From positions 3,447,372 to 3,511,371 of the forward strand of contig OZ253453.1 of assembly GCA_965261455.1 (NCBI GenBank): DNA of 64,000 bases, given 5' to 3'. This stretch comes from Dehalococcoidia bacterium (GTDB taxonomy: Bacteria > Chloroflexota > Dehalococcoidia > SHYB01). Shown here piece by piece: positions 17,439-25,714 of this stretch. A program made the position numbers and the translations under genes. The notes beneath the pieces were generated by a model. That model saw only the letters and a list, made by a program, of their open reading frames with translations, was not told the origin of the DNA and searched no databases. How positions within the stretch are numbered: position 1 is the first letter of the stretch; each line of letters begins with the position of its first letter.

Positions 17439-18392
17439 ATGATGACGACGCCATACTACAACCGCGCTCCGTCGCCCCACTTGCAGGAGCTTCTGATGCC
17501 GGGAGGGCCTCTCTCGTGGCTCGTCGAGCTCAACGAGAGGAAAATTAGCGGCCGCGCATTCGACGTGCACTTCCGCAGCGGCGGCGAGGTTCACGTCTAC
17601 CACGGAGGGACAAGACTCCTCAAGGTGGAGAGGCTCAAATGGCCCAAGGGCTATGTGACGCTAACGGCAAATGATGAGTACAAGAAACAGCCATGTGCGA
17701 AGGGGCTCTTCCGGCGGCGGCGAATCGACGACCCAAAACTCCGAGAGGCTGCCGAAGCCTATCTCCGCGACGTGAAGATCGGGCCACGGTGGACTGAAGG
17801 GGAAGGGGCCATCCAGATGCTGTGGTCGCGGGTAACGAAGCCTTGGACGCCATTCGACCGTGAGGCCGTTCTGGGTGGTGCGTCCACACAATATCAGCAG
17901 ACTGCCAAGGTCGATGCGGCGCTAGATGAATTGATGGACATCTATACGGCCCATCAACATGCGGCCGGGCGGAAAAGATGGGCGAAGCCCAAGAAGAGCG
18001 GCAAGGAAGTGGACCAACTCGCGGTCGACTCGGATAGGCGCTTGGTGCTGATCGAAATCAAGGATGCTTCCAACCGGACTGCCGAGGTGTATTACGCGCC
18101 GTTCCAGCTTCTGCAGTACATCTGGGAGTGGCACGGCGCGCTCGGTGCGGTGGGGGCCGACCTGCACAAGCTGATTGACGCTCGCGTGGCGGTCGGTCTG
18201 ACGCCGCCCGGTGTTACCCGACTCACAGGCGACATACGAGCCGCCGTTGGATTTGGCCCCGATAGTCGGAGCAATGAAGTGAGGCGCCGCTACGGCATAG
18301 TCTTGGGCATCGTCAATAAACATCTCCCTCCCGGCGTCGGCCCCATAGAGACGTGGTCGATCACGGAGAACGGCCCGTGCCGAGTGGCGTGA
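17439..18392 (+). CDS. Uncharacterised protein with PD-(D/E)xK nuclease-fold motifs (gene 2 of a two-gene module)
   Basis: 317 aa. Motif …VDQLAVDSDRRLVLIEIKDASNR (D … E-I-K). Begins 8 nt after gene 1. Lower G+C. Confidence 0.6.
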   Translation: MMTTPYYNRAPSPHLQELLMPGGPLSWLVELNERKISGRAFDVHFRSGGEVHVYHGGTRLLKVERLKWPKGYVTLTANDEYKKQPCAKGLFRRRRIDDPKLREAAEAYLRDVKIGPRWTEGEGAIQMLWSRVTKPWTPFDREAVLGGASTQYQQTAKVDAALDELMDIYTAHQHAAGRKRWAKPKKSGKEVDQLAVDSDRRLVLIEIKDASNRTAEVYYAPFQLLQYIWEWHGALGAVGADLHKLIDARVAVGLTPPGVTRLTGDIRAAVGFGPDSRSNEVRRRYGIVLGIVNKHLPPGVGPIETWSITENGPCRVA

Positions 18393-18800
18393 GCATGCCT
18401 CGCTGAGGTGGAGGCGTAGGGGTTGGGAGCGCTTCGGGCGCCCGCGCGCCGCAGGCGCGCGCCCTCTCTTGGTCTCGCCCTAGAGAAACCTTGCGTAACC
18501 TCGTCGCGGAGGGAGCGGGCGCCCACGAGGGGCGCCCCTACGGGAGGGATGGATTCCCGCGAACGCGGGAATGACGGATATGGAGCAGAGGGGAGGGCGA
18601 TTCGCGAATCGCCCCTACGGGGAGCGCGGCGCGGGTTGGCGGGCTTCGATGGGCTTTGGTGGTTGCGAGGGTGCCCCTCATCTCAATCTTCTCCCGTGGG
18701 GAGAAGAGGCAAGACCTCCCGGCCCCGCCCATGCTTGCCCGTGGGCGGTTGTGCAGAGGTCTCCGTTGGGAGAGGGGGTAAGACTTCACCCCGCCGCGGT
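18393..18800. repeat. Cluster of mosaic intergenic palindromic repeat modules (families A/B/C)
   Basis: Contains gggcgcccctacgggagggatggattcccgcgaacgcgggaatgacggatatgg (module B) and cttcgatgggctttggtggttgcgagggtgcccctcatctcaatcttctcccgtggggagaagaggc (module C). Both recur elsewhere in the window. Track ORFs here are artefacts. Confidence 0.8.
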
Positions 18801-19783
18801 CAGGCTTGGCCGTGCTCGCGCTTTAGGGGGAGGGCGACTTCGTTGTAGAAGCGTTCCAGGGCGGTGTAGTCGTAGGGGTGGAGGGCTTGGACGGCGAAGT
18901 GGGTAAAGCCGTTGGCGATGTGCTCGCGGATGAGGGCGCTCATGTCGTCGGGGGTGCCGAGCATGTGGGTGCGGCGGAGGTCTTCGAGGGGGCGGTCGCC
19001 GATGGTGGAGCGTGAGCGCTCTTCGCGCCGGTGCTCGAGGAAGCGGGTCACGTCGGCGGGGTCGTCAGTCATGTGGATGTTGAGGAGCATGAGCGTCTTT
19101 TCGATGGAGTCGTAGTCGCGGCCCTCGGTCTGGCAGTGGCGGCGGAGGGCGCCGAGCTTGCGGGCGGCCTCGTCGGGGGTGGCGATGAAGTTCCAGGCGT
19201 CGGCGTAGCGGGCCACGTAGCGGGCGGTGAGCTGCTCGCCGCCGCCGCCGATCCAGATGGGGATATCGCCGTTGACGGGCTTGGGCTCGCAGATCGCGTC
19301 GTCGATCTGGTAGTAGCGGCCCTTGAACGACGGGCGCTCCTCCGTCCAGAGGGCGCGCATGATCTGGACGGCCTCGCCCATGCGATGCACCCGCTCGGCG
19401 GGCTTGGGGAAGTCGAAGCCGTACATGGCGTGCTCGGGCTGGTGCCATCCCGACCCGATGCCCATGTTTAGCCGCCCGCCGCTTATGTGGTCGATGGTGA
19501 CGGCCATCTTGGCGAGGAGCGCGGGGTTGCGGTAGCCGTTGCCGGTGATCATCACGCCGCAGCGGGCGCTCCGGGTGGAGGCGGCGAGCGCCGCGAGCGC
19601 GGTCCAGCCCTCGAAAACGGGGAGTTCGGGGCCGGGCAGGATCGAGGGGGTGACGTGGTCCGAGGTCCACAGGCTGTCGAAGCCGAGGTCGTCGGCGAAG
19701 CGCCAGACGCGGAGGAGCTCGTCCCAAGGCGCGCCCTCGGTGAGCGTTTCGAGTCCGAAGCGGAGGGGGTGGATGGTGGTCAA
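18800..19783 (-). CDS. LLM-class (luciferase-like) flavin/F420-dependent oxidoreductase
   Basis: 327 aa with TIM-barrel LLM signature (…FDSLWTSDHV…, GGRLNMGIGSGW). Confidence 0.85.
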   Translation of the reverse strand: MTTIHPLRFGLETLTEGAPWDELLRVWRFADDLGFDSLWTSDHVTPSILPGPELPVFEGWTALAALAASTRSARCGVMITGNGYRNPALLAKMAVTIDHISGGRLNMGIGSGWHQPEHAMYGFDFPKPAERVHRMGEAVQIMRALWTEERPSFKGRYYQIDDAICEPKPVNGDIPIWIGGGGEQLTARYVARYADAWNFIATPDEAARKLGALRRHCQTEGRDYDSIEKTLMLLNIHMTDDPADVTRFLEHRREERSRSTIGDRPLEDLRRTHMLGTPDDMSALIREHIANGFTHFAVQALHPYDYTALERFYNEVALPLKREHGQA

Positions 19784-19802
19784 GGGTGGGCTCCCAAGGG
19801 GT

Positions 19803-20495
19803 TCAGCGGCCGCCGGTCATCATGTCGCGGAAACCGTCGAGGGTGAAGCCGGGCGACTTGCAGTAGTCGATGATGCGGCGCTCGCGCTCCTCGACCTTCC
19901 GCGCCGCTTCGGGAAGCTCGCGCGCGGCCTCGATGGGGATGTTGGTAACGCCGTGCTCGTCGCCGTGGAGGAGGTCGCCGGGCTTCACGACGAGCCCGCC
20001 CACCTCGACGGAAACGCCGACGTCGATCAGGTGGTGGTAGGCGTGGGAGACGAGGACGCAGGAGGCGAAGGCGTGGAAGGGCATGGCCTCCATCTCGGGG
20101 AGGTCGCGGACGCCGCCGTTGGTGATGGTGCCCACGCAGCCGAGTGCCTTGAAGATATTGCCGTTGACCTCCCCCCAGAAGGAGCCGATGGGGTTGGGGT
20201 AGTCCATGTCCTGGATGACGAGCACCTTGGGGCCGGGCGTGGCGGCGACGTGCTCCCAGAGCTCGGTGACGCGGGTGCGGGGCTTGGGACTCGGCGGCAT
20301 CCGGGCGCTGATGATCGCGGTGCAGGCGTAGGCGACCAGAGGGTCGAGGTCCGGAAAGAGGCAGTTGATCTCCGGCCCCATGAAGCCTTCGGAGCGGGGG
20401 CGAAGGTCGAGGGTCTCGATGGCGTTGCAGACGGTGGGGCTGGTGATCTGCCGGAGCGCCTCGATCTCGTCGGCGGTGAGGGGGGCGTCGGTCAT
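19803..20495 (-). CDS. RraA-family protein (RNase E inhibitor / 4-hydroxy-4-methyl-2-oxoglutarate aldolase-like)
   Basis: 230 aa. Motifs …VLVIQDMDYPNPIGSFWGEVNGNIFKALGCVGTITNGGVRD… are typical of the RraA/MenG-like fold. Confidence 0.75.
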   Translation of the reverse strand: MTDAPLTADEIEALRQITSPTVCNAIETLDLRPRSEGFMGPEINCLFPDLDPLVAYACTAIISARMPPSPKPRTRVTELWEHVAATPGPKVLVIQDMDYPNPIGSFWGEVNGNIFKALGCVGTITNGGVRDLPEMEAMPFHAFASCVLVSHAYHHLIDVGVSVEVGGLVVKPGDLLHGDEHGVTNIPIEAARELPEAARKVEERERRIIDYCKSPGFTLDGFRDMMTGGR

Positions 20496-20499
20496 GGGT

Positions 20500-20944
20500 T
20501 GTCCTTCCCTCTCTCAATCTCTCCCAGAGGGAGAGAGGTTTAAGGTGCTCTCCCAGGGGGTTTAAGGTGCTCTCCCTAGGGGGAGAAAGGTGCTCTCCCA
20601 GGGGGAGAGAGGCTTATGGTGGCCCTCTCTCAGTCTCTCTCAGAGGAGACCTTTACGTAACCCTTGTCGCGAGGGAACGGGCGCCCACTAGGGGCGCCCC
20701 TACGGGAGGAGATGGATTCCCGCTTGCGCGGGAATGACGGATGGGGGCGGGGCCGGGCACTCAGAAGGCGAGAGTGGTGCGCTTCGATGGGCCTTGGTGG
20801 TTGTGAGGGGGCCCCTCATCTCAATCTTCTCCCGGGGGGGAGAAGAGGCCGGAGGGATGGGATGGATTCCCACTTGCGCGGGAAAGACGGATATGGGCGG
20901 GTCTTGCATGAGGTTTCCAGAGGGAGAGGCTTACGGTGTGGCGG
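20500..20944. repeat. Cluster of mosaic intergenic palindromic repeat modules (families A/B/C)
   Basis: Several copies of ccctctctcaatctctcccagagggagagagg (module A). Also module B (…atggattcccgcttgcgcgggaatgacgg…) and module C (cttcgatgggccttggtggttgtgagggggcccctcatctcaatcttctccc…). Confidence 0.8.
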
Positions 20945-21697
20945 CTAGAGGCGGCGGTCCTCGCCGCCGTCGATGAGGAGCACCTGCCCGGTCATGAAGT
21001 CGCTGTCGCGGGAGGCGAGGAAGACGAGGGCGCCCTGGAGGTCCTGGGGGGTGCCGAGGCGGCGCAGGGGCATGCGGGAGACGAGGTGGTCGAGTATTTG
21101 GGAGTCGATGGTGACGCGGGTGGACTCGGTGTCGATGGGGCCGGGGGCGATGCAGTTGACGTTGATGTTGTCTGGGCCGAGCTCGCTGGCGAAGCCGCGG
21201 GTGAGCCCGACGACGGCGAGCTTGGAGAGGACGTAGGGGCTGGAGCCGGCGACGTAGGCGGCGCCGGAGGACTGGAAGATGATCTTGCCGCCGCCGCGCT
21301 CGCGCATGGAAGGGACGACGGCGCGCGTCATCAGCATCTGGCCGGTCATGTTGACCGCCATGAAGTGCTCGAAATAGTCGAGATCGACAGTGCTGAAGGT
21401 GTCGGTGCGCATGCTGTGGTAGATGGCGCCGTTGTTCACGAGAATGTCGATGCAGCCGAAGCGGTCGACGACGGCGCCGGCGAGATCGAGGCAGCTCTGC
21501 TCTTGGGCGAGGTCGAGGGGCAGGTAGGTGGCCACGCCGCCGAGCTCGTTGATCTCCTCGGAGACCTGCTGGCCGGTATCGGGGTTGATCTCGGCGACGA
21601 CGACCTTTGCGCCCTCGTTGGCCAGGGTCTTGGCGTACTCCCGCCCGATGCCCTGGCCGGCGCCGGTAACGATGGCGACCTTGTCTTCGAGGCGCAT
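20945..21697 (-). CDS. SDR-family oxidoreductase
   Basis: 250 aa with TGAGQGIG Rossmann motif and catalytic YxxxK. Confidence 0.85.
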   Translation of the reverse strand: MRLEDKVAIVTGAGQGIGREYAKTLANEGAKVVVAEINPDTGQQVSEEINELGGVATYLPLDLAQEQSCLDLAGAVVDRFGCIDILVNNGAIYHSMRTDTFSTVDLDYFEHFMAVNMTGQMLMTRAVVPSMRERGGGKIIFQSSGAAYVAGSSPYVLSKLAVVGLTRGFASELGPDNINVNCIAPGPIDTESTRVTIDSQILDHLVSRMPLRRLGTPQDLQGALVFLASRDSDFMTGQVLLIDGGEDRRL

Positions 21698-21852
21698 GTT
21701 GAGTGTCTGCTTGGTCTGTCTAGGAGTGGAGGCGGCGGCGCGATACTAGCACAGGGGCCTGGGCGGGGTGAAGGGAGCGAAATAGCTTGCTATGCTAAAG
21801 CGAATCGACTAGTCTTAAGCCTAGTCAGCGGTGGCACTGCGGGAGGAAAAGT

Positions 21853-22113
21853 ATGGGCAAGGCGTGGCAGGTCCAAGACGCTAAGGCGAGGTTCAGCGAG
21901 TTTCTTGAAGCCAGCCTGGCGGATGGGCCGCAGATCGTGACTCGACGAGGCGTGGAAACGGCGGTGCTTCTTCCCATCGAGCAGTGGCGGAGGTTGGAGA
22001 AGATAACGAAGCCGGACCTGAAGGAGTTGTTGCTCGCGCCGGACGCGCGAACCGACTCGCTCACGCCGCCGCGCCGTGAGCATCGTCACCGAACACCCTC
22101 GGCCATCGAGTAG
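21853..22113 (+). CDS. Type II antitoxin, Phd/YefM family
   Basis: 86 aa (MGKAWQVQDAKARFSEFLEASLADGPQIVTRRGVETAVLLPIEQWRRL). Ends 5 nt before the PIN toxin gene. Confidence 0.8.
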   Translation: MGKAWQVQDAKARFSEFLEASLADGPQIVTRRGVETAVLLPIEQWRRLEKITKPDLKELLLAPDARTDSLTPPRREHRHRTPSAIE

Positions 22114-22117
22114 CCCG

Positions 22118-22525
22118 ATGTACCTGCTCGATACGAACGTGGTCTCGGAGCTGCGGCGTCCAAGGCCTCAGAGGGCCGTCTTAGACTGGATCGCGGACGT
22201 GCCCGCGGAGCAGCTCTTCATATCCGCGGTCACGGTTGGGGAGATCCAGGCAGGGATCGAAATCACTCGCGTGCAAGATGGGGCGAAGGCGGAGGAACTA
22301 GAAGCCTGGCTCGATAGAGTCCTCGCCTCCTATAGCGTCCTGTCGATGGACGCCGCTGCTTTCCGGGAGTGGGCACGGCTCATGCACGGAAAGTCGGACA
22401 CCATAACCGAGGACGCCATGATCGCGGCGACGGCTATCGTTCACAGGCTGACGGTGGTGACTCGGAACGTGGGTGACTTTCGCCAACTTGGCGTGGCGTT
22501 GCAGAATCCCTTCGACAACGAGTAG
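22118..22525 (+). CDS. vapC: Type II toxin VapC (PIN domain)
   Basis: MYLLDTNVVSELRRPRP… with PIN acidic residues (D5, E…, D near the C-terminus in …VTRNVGDF). Internal ATG of track ORF 22076. Confidence 0.85.
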   Translation: MYLLDTNVVSELRRPRPQRAVLDWIADVPAEQLFISAVTVGEIQAGIEITRVQDGAKAEELEAWLDRVLASYSVLSMDAAAFREWARLMHGKSDTITEDAMIAATAIVHRLTVVTRNVGDFRQLGVALQNPFDNE

Positions 22526-22526
22526 C

Positions 22527-22745
22527 TCCGATTCGGCCCTCTCTCAGTCTCTCCTTTTGGAGACCTTTGCGTAACTCGGCGGGCGGGCTTCAGCAAGGTC
22601 GCGCGGTCCCCGCCTCCCCCCGCCCTCTCTCAGTCTCCCCCAGAGGGGGAGAGGTTTAAGTGAATGCCACCTCCGCTCCGCCCACCAGGACCCCAGTCGG
22701 TTGTGCAAAGGGCTCCAGAGGGAGAGAGGTTTGTGGTGATCGCCG
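22527..22745. repeat. Intergenic repeat cluster (module A copies)
   Basis: ccctctctcagtctctccttttggagacctttgcgtaact…, ccctctctcagtctcccccagagggggagaggtttaagtg, …ccagagggagagaggtttgtggtg. Confidence 0.75.
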
Positions 22746-22756
22746 AGAGGAGGCGC

Positions 22757-23683
22757 TTAGCGGTGGAAGGGCGCGATGACTTCGCGGGCGGCGCGTTCGG
22801 TCTGGGCGAGGGTTTCTTCGGGGGGGCCGGCGTGGCGGAGGACGAACTTGGTGGCGCCGTTGTCGACGTAGCGCTGGACCATCGCGGCGATGTCGTCGGG
22901 GGTGCCGATGGCGGCGTAGTCGAAGGGGTCGAGCTCGGGGCGGAGGCGGCCCATGAGGTAGGGGGCCGCGGTCTCGACCGCCTTGGCCTTGGAGTCGTCG
23001 AGGCGGAAGCTGATGATCGTGCCGAAGTGGTCGTCGGGCACGGTGCGGCCGGCCTCTTCGGCGTAGTGGTGGATCCGCTCGATGCCGTGGCCGAGCTCGT
23101 CGGGGGTGAGGGAGGCGGTGAGCCAGCCGTCGCCTCTGCGCCCGACGCGGCGGAAGGCGGGCTCGGTGCGCCCGCCGATCCACACCGGCATCGGATCTTG
23201 GTGGGGCTTGGGCTGGATGGTGGCGTCGTGGACGGTGTAGTAGCGTCCCTCGAAGGTGACGTCGTCCGCGCTCCAAAACTTGCGCATAAGGTCGATGGCC
23301 TCGTCGGTCCTGCCGGCGCGCTGCTTGATATTGGAGCCGCACGCCTCGAACTCGTTGGGGGAGTCGGTCCCGAGGCCGACGGCGGGGAGCATGCGGCCCT
23401 TGCTGATGAAGTCGACGGTGGCGATTTCCTTGGCGAGGACGGCGGGGTTGCGGAGGGGCAGGGCGAGGACGCTGTTACCGAACTTCATGCGCTTGGTGCG
23501 GGCGGCGATGGCGGCCATGACCGTCATGGACTCCATGCTGTAGGCGGGTGCGACGATGCGGTCGGCCAGCCAGATCGAGTCGGCGGCGGAGTCCTCGACC
23601 ATGTCGATGTAGTCCCACAGCAGCTGGGGGTCCTTCTTGGCGAAGGGCCAGCCTAAGAAGCCAACGCCCAAGCGAACCTTCAT
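22757..23683 (-). CDS. LLM-class flavin/F420-dependent oxidoreductase
   Basis: 308 aa (MKVRLGVGFLGWP…SIWLADR…) with LLM-family signature. Confidence 0.85.
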   Translation of the reverse strand: MKVRLGVGFLGWPFAKKDPQLLWDYIDMVEDSAADSIWLADRIVAPAYSMESMTVMAAIAARTKRMKFGNSVLALPLRNPAVLAKEIATVDFISKGRMLPAVGLGTDSPNEFEACGSNIKQRAGRTDEAIDLMRKFWSADDVTFEGRYYTVHDATIQPKPHQDPMPVWIGGRTEPAFRRVGRRGDGWLTASLTPDELGHGIERIHHYAEEAGRTVPDDHFGTIISFRLDDSKAKAVETAAPYLMGRLRPELDPFDYAAIGTPDDIAAMVQRYVDNGATKFVLRHAGPPEETLAQTERAAREVIAPFHR

Positions 23684-23830
23684 GACGCGTGCCTTTCCCG
23701 CGGACGCCGTTCCGTCCGTCCGCCGCGCTGGGATGATACCAGGAGAGGGACGCGCCGTCCGATTGCTCGAAGCGAAGCGGCGCGCCTAGAATGACGCGCA
23801 CTCCATACCGACGCGGCGAGGCCGGTCCCC

Positions 23831-24660
23831 TTGCTCTGGGCCCACTTCATCAACTTCTTCGTCCCTGAGACAAAGGCCGACGCTGCCCTGCATCGGGCTT
23901 GGGAGCGCTGCTACGAGCCGCTGCTGGCCCTGATCGCCGCGCATCCCCGGGCGCGCTTGACGTGCAACGTCGATGGGTCGTTCATCCGGCGGCTGCTCGA
24001 CGCGGGGCTGGGCGCGGGGGTCGCGGCGATCCGGCGGCTCGCCGAGTCGGGACAGGTGGAGCTGACGGCGAGCGCGACGGCGGCCCCGTCCTGGGGCCGA
24101 TGAGCGACGACGCGATCGGGGGCGCGGTGGCCCGCGGTGTCGAGGCGGCGCGAGAGGCGTTCGGCGAGGTCTATGCGCCCGTAGGCTTCTTCCCGCCGGA
24201 GATGTCGTACGACCGGAACGTGGGCGCGGTGACGGCGCGCCTCGGCTTCGAGTGGATGCTGCTCGACGAGATGTCGCACTCCGGCAAGCCGGGGTCGGTG
24301 TCGTGGGACCGGGCCTACCGGCTCGATACGGGGCCGGATACGGCGGACCCGAGACTGAAGCTCCTGTTCCGGGACCGGTCGCTCAGCCAGGGCATGGTCT
24401 ACGGGTCGTTTGACGCGCCGGCGGTGCTGGCGTCGGCGGCGGCGAGCGCCGCACCGGACCGCGTCTACGCCTTCACCGGCGTCGAGGCGGATATCTATGG
24501 AACGCGGCGAGTGCAGCCGAGGGAGTTCCTCGCCGCCATGTTCGAGTACGATGCGTGGGAGATGGTGACAGTGTCGGAGCTTCTGGGGAGGCTCGGCGAC
24601 ACGGAGCCGGTGACGCCGTCGCCGGCGTCGTGGTCGGCGTGGGACACGCTGGCGTTCTAG
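23831..24660 (+). pseudogene. GH57-like glycoside hydrolase family protein, apparently frameshifted near 24070-24100
   Basis: N-part (23831..24103, …SGQVELTASATAAP) and C-part (frame of track ORF 23899, containing GFFPPEMSY, compare GH57 GFWLPE) lie in different frames and overlap by about 30 nt. Confidence 0.45.
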
Positions 24661-24673
24661 AAGGAGTGGCATC

Positions 24674-25663
24674 ATGGACTCCAAGCTGGGGCTTGTGCTC
24701 TACCACGGCTTTGAAAGCGGGGCGGAGTTGGCGCGGTACGCCGAGATCGCGGAGCGCGAGGGGTATGAGAGCCTGTGGATGACGGAGCGCAGCGGCCACG
24801 AGGAGGCCTTCGCGACGCTGGGCTACGCGGCGGCGTCGACGAGCCGGCTGCGGCTGGGGCTCGGCGTGGCCAACGCCTACTCGCGCCATCCGGTGCTGCT
24901 GGCGATGGCGGGCGCGACCCTCGACCGGCTCTCCGGCGGCCGCTTCATCCTGGGCTTGGGCGCGAGCGACCGCGATGTAATCGAGGGGAAGCTGGGCATC
25001 CCGCACGAGCGGCCGATCGCGGAGCTGGAACGCGCCGTCCGGTCGCTGCGGGCCCTGTTCGCAGGGGAAACGGTCGATGAGGAAGCGGGGCGGAGCAAGA
25101 TACGCGGCGTCCGGCTGGGCGTGCATCCCGTGGCCGAGCCGCTGCCGCTCTATGTGGCGGCGGCGGGGCCTAGGGCGCTGGCGATGGCGGGTCGGACCGC
25201 CGACGGGATCATCCTGAATACCTACAGCCCGACGTCGTACGTGCGGTGGGCGGTCGCGACGGCGCGGCGGGCGGCGGAGGAGTCGGGGCGCGACCCCGCG
25301 TCGCTCGACGTGGTGTGCATGCTGGTGGTGCGGCTCACCGACGATCCCTCATCGCTCTACCCCATGTTCAAGGAGCGGGTGGCGCGGCTGTTGTCGGAGC
25401 CCCACGGCGGCGAGCTGCTGCTGAAGGACAGCGACTTCGATCCTGTCCTAGCGGGCCGCGTCCGCGAGGCGGCCTCGGACGGGGGGACGAAGGCGGCCGC
25501 CACGCTGATTCCCGAGGCGATGGTGGAGGAGTTCTACGTCCTCGGCGACGCGGCCCGGTGCAAGCAGCGCATCAAGGAGTACCGGGCGGCGGGGGTGGAC
25601 CAACCGCTGCTGCTGCCTCGGCTGGAGGACTTCGAGGCGGTGGCGTCGGCGTTCGCGGGGTAG
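24674..25663 (+). CDS. LLM-class flavin/F420-dependent oxidoreductase
   Basis: 329 aa (…ESLWMTERSGHE…). Its last 128 nt are duplicated at 28119..28248. Confidence 0.85.
   Translation: MDSKLGLVLYHGFESGAELARYAEIAEREGYESLWMTERSGHEEAFATLGYAAASTSRLRLGLGVANAYSRHPVLLAMAGATLDRLSGGRFILGLGASDRDVIEGKLGIPHERPIAELERAVRSLRALFAGETVDEEAGRSKIRGVRLGVHPVAEPLPLYVAAAGPRALAMAGRTADGIILNTYSPTSYVRWAVATARRAAEESGRDPASLDVVCMLVVRLTDDPSSLYPMFKERVARLLSEPHGGELLLKDSDFDPVLAGRVREAASDGGTKAAATLIPEAMVEEFYVLGDAARCKQRIKEYRAAGVDQPLLLPRLEDFEAVASAFAG
25537..25663 (+). repeat. Direct repeat copy 1 (3' end of the LLM gene) bounding the HEPN-STAND island
   Basis: ctacgtcctcggcgacgcggcccggtgcaagcagcgcatcaaggagtaccgggcggcgggggtggaccaaccgctgctgctgcctcggctggaggacttcgaggcggtggcgtcggcgttcgcggggtag. 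Five mismatches versus copy 2. The 3' 85 nt or so are identical. Confidence 0.85.
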
Positions 25664-25714
25664 GAGCGCGGGGCCATGGACGCCTAAGCCGGAAACCGCC
25701 GAACCTGGCCTTCG

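Noticed and set aside
18423-18906. Track ORFs 18423..18848 (141 aa), 18538..18789 and 18571..18906 inside the repeat cluster
   Set aside because: They are translations of the mosaic repeat modules. The same peptides (EMDSRLRGNDG…, ASMGLGGCEGAPHLNLLP…) recur in the ORFs at 20664..20948 and 20734..20976 and in other repeat copies. They are not genes.
20500-20944. Possible CRISPR array. Several near-identical about 30-bp palindromic units sit close together
   Set aside because: Units are irregularly spaced, occur in both orientations and mix with other module types. The intervening sequences are themselves repeated elsewhere, so they are not unique spacers. No cas genes are present.
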